From NCBI GenBank assembly GCA_012295275.1, contig CM022672.1, forward strand, positions 28,024,001-28,088,000: DNA of 64,000 nucleotides, written 5' to 3'. The translations under genes were made by a program, and so were the position numbers. The stretch comes from Chrysomallon squamiferum (Eukaryota > Animalia > Mollusca). Below the pieces are notes generated by a model. It did not search any database. It was not told where the DNA came from and saw only the letters and a list, made by a program, of their open reading frames with translations. How positions within the stretch are numbered: the first letter of the stretch is position 1; every line of letters begins with the position of its first letter. Positions 27,091-43,489 of the stretch are shown one piece after another.

Positions 27091-27877
27091 TTAACAGTAT
27101 CAACATCTGAAATCGATGACAATATGGAAAAACTGACAAATATAATTTTATTATTGATCAGTTGCAGGGAAAATTAATGCTGATTCAGCGTTAACGTATA
27201 CTGCGAGAGGTTAAAAGAAGATGAATATTTTAATTACAAGTCTACTATCGATCAGTGATAGTTGTCTGTACTCGTGTTTCGTCTTCGTATTGTTTGCTTT
27301 GTCGCCTGCTTCATTTCTTGATTCTGTCCAGACTGAATGCGCTTTCAGTTAAGATGTTTGTTGCACCTGTTAGGGGATTAATTAAGTCGGGATTATCCTC
27401 CCGATTAAGAAATAGGTTTCTTCAGCAGCACACAAGAATCGTGAATGGTTTGAAAAATGGATTTTGGGGAAGAAAACTACTATACAGATAAATATCAAAG
27501 TATTTATGCTATGATTCATAGTTCCTGACTGTTTTCTATAACTGGTATCAGTTTTGTAAGCATATCCGTGTGAAAGAATAATTATACCATTTATGTACGT
27601 ATTATGAATGTATGTGTGAGTGTAAGAGTCTGTACGCCTATCCAAGTATATAATAGATCAATACAAACTATTGTTACAGACGATATACAAAATACACATT
27701 AAGTACATACACACGTACATTCACACAGAGAGACAGACAGACAGACAGACATACATGCATACATACATTTATCTACCTATCTATTCCTGAAATTAACTTT
27801 CAATTTTATCATAATTATGCATAAACAAAAATCATATTACTGTAGGAAGAATAATTCACGAGGGAAATTTATTATAT

Positions 27878-27951
<74 letters not shown>

Positions 27952-28150
27952 ATAATAATAAAACAATTAAGGAAGGTAACGATGTTGCAGACAGTGAAGA
28001 CGACTCTGACTGCGACGACGTTCCCGTTGTTCACAGGGCTGCTGCCAGAGGTGACATAGATACACTTTGCAGGATGATCCTAGCATTCTAGAACTTCAGA
28101 AAACTAACGGCAAGTACAAACAGATTTTTTTTTATCTTTAATTTATCATA

Positions 28151-28213
<63 letters not shown>

Positions 28214-28598
28214 TATTACTATTATTACTATTTATTGACAATTGAGATATCTGTGAGAATTCTTAAAATCTCAATAACCATTTTTATCAACATCATTATC
28301 GCCACACAACCACCGACATCATTTCCACAACGCCACGCACGCCATCGTCGTCAACATTAACATCATCATACGCAAGCCATCACATCACACTCACAGTGAG
28401 ATTGTTGTTTTACATTCTCTACAAGACGCCTTATCACGAGTTCGCTCAAGACAATCTGAGTCAAACTTGTTTGTCAATAGCAGCATACCACGTAAGTGAT
28501 GACTTCTTTTGATTTGATAATGTAAGAGAATAGTGATGTGTGATCTTTTTTCTACACATTAAAATGGTATTTCGAATAATGAATTAAATATTTCTGAA

Positions 28599-28659
<61 letters not shown>

Positions 28660-28742
28660 GCAAACGCAATAGAAGGAATGTGTTGCCTTTGTATATGTAT
28701 GTCTGTATATGTAGGTGAGACTACTATTACTACTACATTTTA

Positions 28743-28801
<59 letters not shown>

Positions 28802-31027
28802 GGTGAGTGTGTGTGTGTGTGTATGAGTGTGTGTGTGTCTTCAGGAAGACATCACTTCACACCGCCCTCTACAACAAGACAAAGGGTAAACATAATTATA
28901 AACATCTAATTAAACATCAAGCAAAATTACGATTTTATATATCCCAGACTAAATTCACAGCAATAAAATACACTTTAAAACATTATTTTTCTTTCGTTTT
29001 TCTTTTTCTTTCTTTTTTCTTTCTTTATTGCTGTTTATTTTCTTTTTCTTTTCCCTATATTTCATACCTTTTGTTAATTTTTCCCCCATTTTTTTTTTAG
29101 TTTTTGTAAACTATTTGTGAGGTTTTCACATTTTTATTAATACGACCTAATTTCATGATACTCACTTATGATAGTGCCAATTGGTAACGACTGTTACAAC
29201 TTGTCTTAATTTTGTAAAGATTTTAATTTTATTTAATATACAGAACGTTGTCCACGCTGTTACAGAATTTAGCACCATCAGAAATGAATTATGAAGACAA
29301 CGGGGTATGTTAGGGATTTAATGAATGCAGCAGATCTTCTGTTAACGAAATAACAGAGTTGATAATGTGTCCGTTGATACCGGATTCGATTAAATGCCAC
29401 GTTTTAAAATTATAATATTATACTTAATTTTCTTTGTTACGGAAATTATTTCCTATATCATGTATGTTGTTTCAAGTATTATCGTATTTCGTTTGTCGTT
29501 TGATACAGTATTATTTGAGGATTTACGCGGGTTTTTTAATTTCTTTCTTTCTTTCAGCAAATGACAGCGATGCACTGGGCGGCATTTCACAAACGACCGG
29601 AACTGGTGCAGGAACTAATCGAGGAAGGTGCGAATCTACTGGCTACCGATGTCGCCGGCAAAACACCTCTTCGCAAGTCAGTCTTTTCACTTGCACGAAT
29701 TCACGTTTATTTATTTATTTATTTATTTATTTTTGAAACGTTAACCGACTCAGAATGGGTATTGGCGATGTTGCTGTATATTACTTTCCGACAACAACTC
29801 TGGTTACACTATCAATGTACCCGACAACACCGGCAAACCGGACACGCCGACATCATCGAGTACCTTGCATCACAGGGTGGATGTGATCGAGAATCCAGCG
29901 ATATCAACACAAACATCACAAAATCACTGCCATGTTAGATGCATGCGCAGTAGAATTACACAATCAGGATTATTTTTTTCTTGTAAAATGTTCTAGTATT
30001 TAATTCGTTCGCGGTGTCCACCAAACATCTGAATATCAAATCCGTGAATAAAATATTTTGTATGCTGGAAATTTGAAATACCGTTTTTATTAATATGGCC
30101 TTTAATCTGATATAAATTTATAATGGCCATCTTATAGTTTTCTCAGTGACATTAATAAGAAAACTATTTTTTTGTATTGTTTTTAAATATTATTTTGTGA
30201 AGTTGCTATTGCAGATTGTAATAGAATAAATAGCTTTAAAAAAATAAAAACAGTTTTTCTTTTTTTCAAATATACATTCAAAAATTATATACACTATATG
30301 TTTTGTTTCTCCATTTTTCTGCTGCAGGCAAAAATGTGAATGCGATGATTAAACTCAGCAAGATTTCATTTGTGACCATTAGTTTTATAGCGTTGCTGTG
30401 ATAACGCTCTTTTGACATTTCAGTGAGCTTGTTAATTATTTTTACAACGTGGACATACGAGATAAAAATATAACATAAAAATAAGAATTTAGTAGAAATT
30501 AGTTGAAACAGTTCTATTTATCTATTTATCTGTCTATTCGTCCATTTGTCTGGCTATGTCTTTGACTGACTGTCTATCTGTTTTTCTGTTCGTCTATGTT
30601 TCTATCTTTGCCAATCAATAACCAGTGAGAAGTCATCCATTTGTATCCACCTGTTCAGTATCCACATAACTGTTTTTTTCTTTTATCCATATATCTGTGT
30701 GCACAGACACTTAATATATAGGATGTAATAATAAACATTAGCTATTTGTATGAAGTTTGTGCTTTTATTGTTGACCAAGTAAAAAGAAAATACAAGAATG
30801 TGAGAAAACGTCTGGCTAGGACTCCTTTGCACTGGGCTGCTGCCATGGGTCACAGTGAATGCGTATCAACTCTTCTCCAACTGGAAGTCGATCCCAGTCC
30901 CTTGGATATTGACCTACAGAGTCCGCTTGAGTATGCTAGGCAATCTAGTTATGATGATAGTTTAATTTGTCACATATAACATGAATGTTGATGTGTCAGG
31001 TACAGAGGGCATGCTCTTCATTCCATT

Positions 31028-31149
<122 letters not shown>

Positions 31150-32304
31150 ACAAATACCACTTCTACTACTGCTGATGATGTTGCTACTTCTACTACTACA
31201 GCTATTTCTGCTATTGTTATGGCTAGTACTAGAACTGTTACTAGAATTATGCTGTTATTTACTGTTGTTATTAATGTTGGTATTACTTTTTTACTATCTC
31301 AGCTACCACTATTTTTAAAAGTTATTTTTAAAATTACAATAAAACAAACACCTGCATTAACATGCTGCCCACTATATATGATACATATAACAACCATGTA
31401 AATACAGTGCTGTAACAAGAAAGAGAAAGGAAATCCATACGATTACTTTGTCATGGTTACAGATATCCATGATAGTTTTTTCTTTCATGTCTATATTAAC
31501 ATTGCTGGTGTTCGTTAACAGTTATGCCGTTGTTGTTGTCACAGTTTGTCAGAAGCTGCTGGAATCGAAACTGAGTGTTGCAGCTCTAGATAGCGAGGTA
31601 AACTGTGCGGCCAGGAATGTTCCAGAACCCAGCACGGACACAGCGTACTGGGCTTTCTGAAAAACATTATATCTCCAAAAGTAAAATTTAATACAAGAGA
31701 TTCCATAGCAAGCAAGAACAGCAGTCTAGTGTCTCGTGACAGAAAGGTGTCAAAAACGGTACTAGATCTTGCGAAACTGTTATGTTTGATTTTTGAAGAC
31801 GACCAGAAACAAATCACTCTTTGCTCGTATTCTGATCTTAGCGCGCTACCTGCGTATCCTTGTTCAGCTCAGTGGAAAGATTAGGAGACATGAAAACAAG
31901 TAGACTGAGAAACAAAGCGGATATGAACAGGAATACGTGTGTTTCTGACGACAAAGAAAGACAAGATAAAACTAGTGGAAGTCAAAGACTTCAGCCAGTG
32001 ACTATTCAGCTTCATCACCAGAATCTCTGTCTGCTTGGCGGACGTACCAGACTCACGCCGCAAGAGGTACTGTATTTTGTATTTATTTTGTATTCATCTA
32101 ATGATATCCTTTCAGTAAACAATTGCCGCAATAATACTTGCATTTATTTTGTTAAAACAACAGATATTTCGCTTATATCGTGAAAAACAAACAATATATT
32201 TGTCTTTTATTTTGTGTTAAATTATACATGTTCATCTATTAACAAATTTATATTTGATTTTAATATATAAAGAACAGAAATGTATGTTTTCATATTAAAG
32301 GAGC

Positions 32305-32715
32305 TTTTTATTGTAAAAACTATAAGAATTAATTTTTATGTTTTCTTTATATTGTAAAAATAGGTATCATTTTAAAAACAAAAGGAACTATTTCTAATTT
32401 TGTAAATATAATAAATATGAGACATATATCGTAAAAATAGTAGGTATGATATTTTATGTTGTTAAAAACAATAGATATGGGACTTTATGTTATAAAAGCA
32501 ATAAGTTTGAGATTTATATTGTAAAAACGACAGTTATATATTACTTTATATTCCTAAAACAATAGGTATGAGATTTTATGTCTTAAAAACAACAGTTATG
32601 AGTTTTTATATTGTAAAAACAATAGGACTAAATTTGTTTGTTGTAAAAGGAACAGGTTATAAGGTTTTATACTGTGAAAAAAAAACAATAGCTTTCTAGG
32701 GTGTTTTATGTTGTA
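32305..32715. repeat. Degenerate minisatellite, unit about 30 bp
   Basis: A ttttatattgtaaaaacaataggtatgaga-like unit repeated about a dozen times in an ANKRD55-like intron. Confidence 0.75.
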
Positions 32716-33505
32716 GCTTTATATATATAGATAAATGATAATATAGGTTGTTGTTTTTATATGGTAATCACAATAACAGACATACAGACATTAACATTTA
32801 TGTTATTCTAACGTTTTTACAAATCCAGTCAATACATAGTATTTGAAGGTCGTATCATGTTGTATTTACGATCTTTTGCATTTAGTTAGATTATAATACC
32901 ATTCGATTTGAAATGTCCTTGAAAGAAACCATTATTGAAAAAATATCTATTTGATATAAAAATTAGTATATTTTCTATAATCATTTATCTCTTTGGTATA
33001 ATAAGGTAATTCAGTTTAGTTTTAAGATCACAGTTCAGAATTTAGCTCATTATAATTATTAATATCATCAATATCATCATTAGTATTATTGTTGATGTTA
33101 TAAAATGATATATACTAACAAATTATCTTGTAATAAACTCCCCAAAACAGATAAAACCAACAAAACATGAGTAAATACAAACATATTAAGTTTCTCTGTA
33201 ATGAGATATCATTATTCAGAATTCAACGAGTCGGCGGTGCAGGAAAACTGATAAACAAGATAACATAATCAATGACATACAAGTCTTTATTATATGTATT
33301 ACATAACGCAAATGACATCTGTAGGCAGAACTGCAAAATTGTTAATTTCCAGTGTTATACAACAGTTAAAATATTAATACGAAGAGATACGACATGATTA
33401 CTTATCTTATTGATAATTACAACTTATTGATAATTTCACAAATATAAGCTATTTTCCTCTCTCCTTTGCCAAGAATTATGTTAAAATCTCTCTCTCTCTC
33501 TCTCG

Positions 33506-33542
<37 letters not shown>

Positions 33543-33771
33543 ACATACACAATACACATAGACATTGTGGCATATTAGTTTACAAAATATAGTATTGCAG
33601 TTATATATCTTCGTGCAGATTATTATTATCTTAAGTAAGAATTTTAGTAATAAATTAATTTAAAAAAAACAGAATTTTTATGGACAAATAACGATTTTTA
33701 TTTGTTTATATGCATCTGTTTCTATCGTATGCATGTCTGTATATATTAATTCATTTGTGTGTGTGTGCGCT

Positions 33772-33813
<42 letters not shown>

Positions 33814-34640
33814 TGTGTGTGTGTGATGTTCCAAGATTTTTGTGACATTACAAGTCAAACTACTACTTGATAAATGATTATAGGCGTCAAACATTTTGAT
33901 TAATCGCAATATTGCTGTCCTGTTTTAGATCAGAGATTCACTGCGTGTGACCAGAAGACAAATCTCTAACAAAAGATCAGCAAGTTTCTGTGGAGGCAGC
34001 ATTCGTCTTCCCTCGTATGGTCAGACACAAAGCCTACCGACCGTACCGACAATCGTCGAAACAGACTCGCCTATACAAATCAGTGGAAAGCAAATATTAC
34101 AGCACTTCGGAAAAGACAGTTCTTTGTCAAGGTTTAATTCAGAGAAAGCAGAGAAGCCCATGGGAAAAAAAAATGTCTCTGAAGTGAAGACAACTGTTTA
34201 CGGGGATCCTTTGGAGGATACCCGCGTTGGTGAGTTCAGACTAATAAACTTCTGTGAAACGAACGTAGTTTTTAACATAGTTTCTGAAAATAGCCTTGAT
34301 CATATCAGTACATTCACTCAGTCACTAAGTATACAAACAAAAGTTTAGACGTACAAAATATATTTACAATAATTATACAGTTACATTAATATTCTAGCTA
34401 CAGATATTATGACAACTATTTCCCCACATTTTATAATACCTTTTTGAAAAATATATTCTCAAAATTTTTAAAACAATATATAAATAGAAATTTAAAAAAC
34501 AAAAACAATAAAAAATAAAATAATTAAACAAAGCAAGTAATAAAAAATAATGATAATAATAATAAAAATAAAACCCATGTTTTCGTAAGAACATCGACTG
34601 TATCATCTTCATTATAATGTTCCGTTCCTCCACGTGTAGC

Positions 34641-34692
<52 letters not shown>

Positions 34693-34960
34693 GTAATGAT
34701 GTAATTGTAGAAAGTAATCTATCTGTAGCAAGACTCAAACATTCAAATGTTGAAAGAAGTGCCTCTGTCAGAGACCCTACTCCACCCCCATCTACGGAGG
34801 AAAGGTTTGCATATCAGTCAATCTAACTTACATTTCGTTCCAACATTTCACATGTAAACATTTGAATACATAATAAAACTATCGAGATTAACACAACTCT
34901 CTGTCTGTCTATCTATCTATCTATATATATATACACAGACTCACACACACACACATATAC

Positions 34961-35049
<89 letters not shown>
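34961..35049. repeat. (GA)n microsatellite
   Basis: Read directly from sequence. Confidence 0.95.
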
Positions 35050-35052
<3 letters not shown>

Positions 35053-35803
35053 ACAGAAACACTACCATAACTGCATTAACATCACATTCAGATGTTTTTA
35101 AACATCATTATATCTATTCCTGACATACATAAATATTATAATGTGCCTTTATTTTCAGTGATATTCACGTTATTTCCAGTATTCTGCGTCACAGTATCAA
35201 CGAATCTGAAAGATATTTAAAGCTGACGAAGGGCAGAACAGAAAGTCTCTCAGAGACTGTTTCGTCTCTAAAACAGTCGATGAAACACAACAGGCAAATG
35301 CAGCGCAGATCACTAGACGACGTTCTCATCCGTTACGAGGACAAAACTTCCAGGGAAAGAAATCTTTCTTTTCATAATATGGAATCTCTGAATCTGCCTA
35401 GCAGAACGATGAATTTAAGTCCAATTCTGAATTTGATTTCTGATTCAACAATTACTGAAGAAAAGCGTGCAGTGAAGTTAGAATATCTAACAAGTATCGC
35501 ACACAGAGAAAAAAGTTCGAATTTGCGTGGATCCAACGAAAAGTCAGACAAATGTGCGTTGCCGATGTTATCGGTCAAAACAGGACAGCTCTGTAACAAA
35601 GAGAGTGGACGTGGTAAAGAATCATTCTCTGCGGCCAATTCCCCCGCAAAACACAGAAGGCAGAAACAGCCGGTCAAAACAGAAAGCGTTTTACCGTCAA
35701 CATCGCCAATGGTTTCATCTAATTATAGCGATACTTCGCAGTAGAAGCAGAGTTGTTTCCCTTAGGACATTGCAAGATGAAATTGTTTATAGTTTGGATT
35801 ATC

Positions 35804-35850
<47 letters not shown>

Positions 35851-36360
35851 GGTTGTATTGTTTGTTCTTGTTCACATGTTTGTTCTGAAAGAAAAGTATT
35901 GATCTAAATCAAAGTTATCTACATAAAGTCTAGAAAATGTAGTTTATGATATTAAATATTAATAGTTCATCTCAAAAATATTTCTTATTAATATATTATT
36001 AATTATTGTAAGTTTTGAAAAAAAAGTTATATCAGGAAAGTCACACATTGTTGTTCTTATTTAAAATGCATTTTTGTAATGAAATGATAATCTGAATATG
36101 TTTCCAAATATGCAATATAGAAAACACACACACACTTCATATATTAGATTTTATTACTGGTTATTATTTAAACATTAGTAATATATGAATATTTAACGAA
36201 TTAATGAATATTATCTTTAATATTGCATTGTCACCCTTGCTAAATATCAATATATATATGTATGTATATTAATTTTCTTAATTATGCTAAATAAGACTGT
36301 TAGAACTTTAAAAAAAAATAGTAGTAGTAATAATGAAAACCGAATAAATAAACAAACAAA

Positions 36361-36391
<31 letters not shown>

Positions 36392-38667
36392 AATTAAATA
36401 TAAAAATAAACTTATACATATACACAAATTTAAAAAAAAAAATAACAAAACAAGATCAGTTGCATTATATTTATCATTCGACTGATATATTAATATCGGT
36501 CAGGAGATAGTTTAAAGCCGGCCCATTGTCCCAGGATGCTTAGCCCCATGTTTAACTTTCATCCAAACATGTTATATTGAAATTTGATTTAAAAAAATAA
36601 TAATAACAAAAATGCATAAATATGGTATTTTCAATAAATATAAAACGACCAAAGTTATACTTTTTTTTCATGTATGATAATATTTAATTGCATTTGTAAA
36701 TTAGTTTATTCGTATAAATGTATTTGAATTTTTTTTTCATAGAATAATGAATAAAGCATCAAAAAGGAAAAATGTGTTGAAAATGAGTAAATTGTGTTGG
36801 TACCTGTCTTTGGAGGCCACCGAAATGAGCGACCACCTACGATGTACGGACTCTTTTGCCGATTGTTTTTCAGTGTTTATATCCCTTAGATCAGTGGACA
36901 CTTGTTTAACTAGGAACAGGGCATTATTCCACTGCTGAAACGGAACAGTCATACCGATTTGGATTTATTTTCTCGGAAATAAATAATATTATTTTGTATG
37001 GCAGCTTTATACGATATTTTTAAAGATGGCTTCGCCCATTTCCTGCATTATGGAAGTATTGTTTTATTTCGAATCAAAATAGCCCGTGAATTGCAATCGC
37101 CAAACGCCTGCCCGACATATCGTGCGCGTTCAACCTGTTTGGTACGTAATTTTGATAATTCAATCATTCAACATAATTACATGCATATTTATGTTTTAAA
37201 AATTATGCGTTTCAGCGGACTTTCTATTTACATTATCAGTGAATTCAGTATGTCTGCAACCGTCTTTTAGGATAAAGCTGTCATGCTTGTTTGTTGTGGA
37301 TAAAGATTGTAAATATGTTAAAAAATATATATATCTGTAATTCTTATATGAGAAGTATATGTATAAAAACGCACATAATGAAATAAAAATAAATGTTTGC
37401 TAGTTTCTATTCACATGCGTATATTATGTTAATAGAGAATTTGTCTAGAAATTAAATGAGAGAAAATTTGCTATTTGTTTCTACTGTTAACAAAACACAT
37501 TTTTCAATTCGGTAACAAAATTAAAAGTGATAGACTAATTATTACAGATTGTCGAGCTTAATCACACATGAGAAATTGATTTTTGAAGTAAATACTAAAG
37601 ATAATCTAATTTTTAAAAACTGTTATATCATAGCCTGTATGCATGTTATCGCCTCATTAAAAGTGTCAGATTTGAGCGTTGTCTTTTAAACAGAGCTATG
37701 AATTTTCGTTACGTCAAATAATAAGACCCGATAACTATATGAATACTAAATAAATCAAGTAAAATGTTCATTAGGTTACACAGACCGACACGAGTAAAAA
37801 CACAGATAAACAAGCATTCAAATAAATATATTCATGATTTCATAAACATTCTTTTGAGGAAAAAATGGCGTTCATCTTGATAATTCATAATAAATCCATC
37901 ATTAGTGTAGAAAGCTCTTCAAATTAGTTGTTATCAGCGAGTAATGGAATCTGTAGATTATCGTTGTTGATGAAATATTGAAATAACCATAGCAACAAAT
38001 GGATCTGCCATTTCTTATCGTGATTTGAAAAAGTATCATAAAAGAAAAGGATTTAGATGGATAATGGTGTATCTATTTTAAAATCTATAAAATATTATAT
38101 TTAAAATAAAATACAAGAAAAATATCTAATGATATTGAAGCTGTTTGTACGCATAATCTATAAACTAGACTATTCTCTTACGATAATAATAACATAACAA
38201 CAATATTAGTAATAATAATAATAATAATGATGTGATAATTATGATGATGACTGTTACTATGACTAAGACTAATACTAATATGATGACTGTTAATAAGACA
38301 ACTATTAATAATAATAACAACTACAACAACAGTAACATCACCAGCAACAACGGCAAAAGAACAATAAGAACAATATTAATACATTTTGCAGAGTTTGTAA
38401 ATAAAAATATTTGTAAAATTAGTAATGCAATAAGACATTTTACTTTTTTTATTTCTTATTTCTAAATTTAATTTGACATTTAATGTAACTTTTTGCTGTT
38501 GTAATATACAGTATAACTAGACAGCTACAAGAAAGACTGTGTATTTAAACGCGAATGGAGCCAACAGAACCACAAACCAAGACAGGAGACATCATTCACA
38601 TCTAGTATAGCTTCTTGCAGTTCATGTCTACGTTATATGACAGAATAGTAAAAATAATAAATAAATA

Positions 38668-38719
<52 letters not shown>

Positions 38720-40033
38720 TAATAAATAAATAAATAAATAAATAAAATATACACTAAATATGAAAAGACTAGCGACATTAACATTATCCAATCATTAGAT
38801 ATGAAGATTTACATCTGAGTTGTATCAAGATTTAAAGTCGATAATTTCCAAATTCGAAAAGAACGGATGTATTAAGACAGAACATTAAGTCATAGAACAA
38901 CATCAGACAGTTAAATTAGTATAATAATTTTCAATAACACCATGTAATTAATTACAGCAAATCTTACAGATCGAACTGTAAACCTTCTAAACACTAGTAG
39001 CAACAATAAAGAAAAGTACATAAGTAAATTGCTAAATAAACGTTATGTCCTGTAGAAAAATTCGAACTGGTTACCTACAAAAATAAAAACCCAGTGGCAA
39101 AATAGACAGCAGCTGCGGAACTTTAACCAAGGATTCAAACCTGATACCCCAAAACATGAACTGTATCAATAACATTAATGTAATAACATTGTAATTTTCA
39201 ATCTTTCTTTCGAAATCAGTGGCATCAGTAAACCCATAATCATGCGAATTCTAATTATATATCGAGACCTGTTCAAATTCGAACTGAATATATAAACAAT
39301 TCCAAGGTGGCTTAATGAAATTTCTAAGTGCATGTCGTTGACATTTCCAGCATAAAGAATCTTTACCTGAAACCCTTGATGGGAATTGAAATAATGACAG
39401 AAGTCTGATGACATTCTGTCCGGAAATCAAACAAATGCACTGAACATGTTTCTGCGACACAAGACAAACGATTAGCATTCGCAGAGACTGAGTACAACCA
39501 GTCCTCTAACACATGACGATGTCGTTCTGAGGATTAATTACTTTTCTTTCCTCTATTATTAATTTTTTTAAAAACATTTTACTTTTGTTGTTGTCGTTTA
39601 ATATTGTTTTAGTTTAAAAATCGATAAATAAATGACTGTATGAATGAATGAGTGAATAAATGAATAAGTTTTAATTAATTTTTTAACCAAAAAATAAAAT
39701 AAAATAAAATAAATAAATAAATAAAAAGAGGAAACTGTTGGACAGTAATTTTGTTATAAATCTGTGTTGGCCATAGACACATTTATATAAAATATATGTA
39801 TATATATATATATATGCTTATCTATCTATCCATATCCGTATAGCTATCTGTCTGTCAATGTATATAGATATATTTTTATAGATTTGTTTATTAATATGTA
39901 TAAACTTGTAAAAACAGAGACAGATATGCAGATATATATTGATTTATAGATAGGAAGGTACGTAGAAAAATAAACAGAGAGACAGATACATAGATAAAGA
40001 AGGAATGTGTATTATTTACAACTACACCCTAGA

Positions 40034-40093
<60 letters not shown>

Positions 40094-42366
40094 TGAGAGA
40101 GAATGTTGACAGTGAAGTAGCGAATAGCATTCATAGCACTTGTTATTCGTTCGCTTCTTATTTTCTCTGTGTTAATGGCCACGCAAAACCATCGCATTAA
40201 ATAAAAATCAGTTCAACTGCATTAGTCTTGACACCGCATTATATCTTATTGGAAATAATAAATATCATTTTCTTCCTAATAAAAGAGTCTAGAATTACTC
40301 TAGATTATTTCAATATTTCCTTTGACGTCATGTTCTGTAAAGTTGCACCTGTTCGTGAATACAGCATAGGTATTAAATGATTTAATGGACAAAAGTATGA
40401 AAAATAAATACCTGGCTACACCATTTTATTATATAATTACATTAGCATAGAAATAATATAATTATAGCCATTGTTTATCGTTTGTACAAACAAAAATACA
40501 TATACATGCATATATACATGCATACTTACTACATTCATACATAACATACATACATACATACAGATATACAAGGGAGTGTGTATGTAGGTTGCGTGAGTTT
40601 CATTAGTATCCTTTGTACTTTGTTAATTTATAATAATGTTAGAGAACGAGAAAAAATAGAAAAATTGAGTTATTTTGATTTTCTAATAATAACAGCTGCG
40701 TTATTTCTTTGATCTTTCAAATGATGACATATCTTTGATTTTTCTTTTCAAGCCCATAATTAAAATGACTTGACTCTATACGGAATGATCTAGTTAAGCT
40801 TAGTGTTTCGCCTAGCTTCGTCTAATCCACTAAAACATTAATCGATTGTTGGATCCTGGATTATGATTATAATAAACTCGAAAGAGTAATGATATCATCA
40901 GCGAGAAAGAGTAATAGTTTTAATTATTTTTGGATTTTAATGTGAAATTAGATTCATAAAGATTTAGTTGCGTAGATTTATTCACCTGATTTTTCATAAG
41001 TAGCTCTCACGCAAAGTTTTATTTTTTGACTGGTGGTGAACTAATAACAGGTAATGAAGAACCGAAAAATCCACTGAAGTGAAATATTTCAGAAAGCGCT
41101 TTAATAAGCACTTTTTTTATTTGTATTAATCAAATATTTTGTCATATTTACAGTCAGTGCCTGGAAAACTGGCTTGCATATCCTTCGCTGTAATCTTAAC
41201 TCATTCCACACAGACAGAACAATGACAATCGCCCTTAGCTTGACCGATTCCGTTAGGCAAGCGAGTTTTCTTTTGCTTGGGAGAATAATTACTAATACCT
41301 AAGCATCTGCGTCTGTTGTCGTGTTCGCAGACACTGCAGGAAGCGTCTTGTAATGAGTTGCTAATGTCACAGACCTCAACGTCCACGTTATATTAATGTA
41401 ACGTAAATCCCAGGTCCACGCCGCAACATTTCGTCTTGCTTGTACCAACTGCCCCGAGACAAACGAAGTCTGTTAAGGATTATTTAATGGACAAAGGCAG
41501 TTTCAGCCAAACCAACGTAATTATTTCTGTCTCTCTGGAACGACTACTAATTAAAAAAATTTGATCCTGGGAACCGACTTTTGTTTCAAATACAGTGGAA
41601 CCATGGTAACGGAACAGTATTTTTGTTTTCTGATTCATTACGATTATTACAGTTATAAAATTACAACGTTTCTAAGTCGTGGATAAATCTCTGAGACTAT
41701 TTACAATTTTTAGTAACAACTGGCCCAAATACAGTTATTTTCCAGAAACACAACTAAATTATTTACGATCTTGGGGAAACCTGAGTTAAAATAATTAAAG
41801 AAGGAATCGGTTACAAGAGAATCAAGTTATTATGTTAATATAAATTTAAGTTATATATATTAAACAGTACATTGCGTAATGACGGGTATACAAATGAAAA
41901 AAAATAAGGCAGACAATATTTTACTATTTCCCGCTTCCAAATGTTTATCAAAAAAAGGCTAAAGTTTCAGCTTCTCTCACGTGACCTCTGTTTGGCGCTT
42001 CTTTTTCAGAACTGGAATCCCGACTGAAGCTGGTATTTATTCTGCTGACGTCAGTGAAAAGCGAGAAATCAAAGGAAAAAAAGCTTAGCCAAACGGGTGT
42101 ATTATGCATGGTCAAACAGAACATTAATTATTTGAACATATTAAGAGTTAAAGGTAATTTATTTACTGATTATAATTAGTAATACATATTTGTCTTTATT
42201 TTATCTCTTCTCTATCTCATATACAGAGACAAGATAATCTCAAGATTATGTACATATAAAAATTAGTATTCTAATAAAATATCTACAGTTAGAATATATA
42301 AAAGAAATGTATCTAACTAAACACAATTTTATAGATAACCGGATTTTGCGTTAAACAAAGACTAAA

Positions 42367-42405
42367 TTCTCTCTCTCTCTGTCTCTCTCTGTCTGTCTCT
42401 CTGTC

Positions 42406-42478
<73 letters not shown>

Positions 42479-42497
42479 GTCTCTCTCTCTCTCTCTC
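42367..42497. repeat. (CT)n / (CTGT) microsatellite
   Basis: Read directly from sequence. Confidence 0.95.
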
Positions 42498-43489
42498 ATT
42501 ATCAGTTAATGAGCCCGCTAATCTTTCTTTCAAATAAAAAACATCTGTTAGTATCACATTTTTTTACCATATTACAGATGTTTGTTAATAATATTATATA
42601 TTAATAATATACAAAGTTAAATTCTGGCAGTGGTATAGTAAAATCATACTTACACTAGCAATTCAGTAAAGGATTTCCACGTGCAGCTATTGTAACTCAT
42701 TTTATTTAACATCTCTACACAACTGGCATTGCATAACAGTTTCATATAGTCGGTGAACTAAGAAAACCTGGTTTCTCAACGTTTGGTCATTTTTATTTAC
42801 TTATTCCACCAGAGGCAGTATTTTACTTTTGAAATGGTTTTATTCTTCATGTTAAAATTCTGAAGGCACTGGACAAATCTATTGTTTTCTAAGGTCGTTT
42901 TTTTACCCTGATACCATACAAAAAACATATTTTAAAGGTAAAAGAAAAATTAAATATTTCACCGACGAAATATGATAATGACAGCGAATTTTAGTTTAGT
43001 GGTTAGAGCGCAAGTGGTTAGAGAACAAGTAAAAGATGTTCCAGAAACAACTGTCACAAATCTGACCACAGGCCTATAAGAGAATAGACTTTCGCATGGC
43101 TCTCTCATTATTAATTTTATCTGATTACTATTAACACTAGACAAACTGTGACTTAATGACTTCATCTCTGTTTAGAATGATATTAGATAGTAAACTAATG
43201 GCAGCAAAGTTAAGAACAAAATTTTGTACATCAAATGCTAAGAAGAGATTATATTATACTGCATCCTACATAAATTACATCAGCTATTCTTACTGTACAC
43301 TCGTATCGTGTATTGCCGACTTTAGTAACTTTTCATACAGTTATTATTTTATTATTATTATTTTTAATATAAAAAAATAAATCAGAAATAAAATAAGAAT
43401 TCACTGAACAAATTATTAATCTTCGATTACACATCATTCATAGAGTTAACTACACAAAACCGTATAGAAAAGCTGTTGGCACAACATGA

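Noticed and set aside
36790-36950. pogo-MITE-like motifs (also 48289-48490) and a Harbinger-like end near 11030-11080
   Set aside because: No paired TIRs or TSDs could be established.
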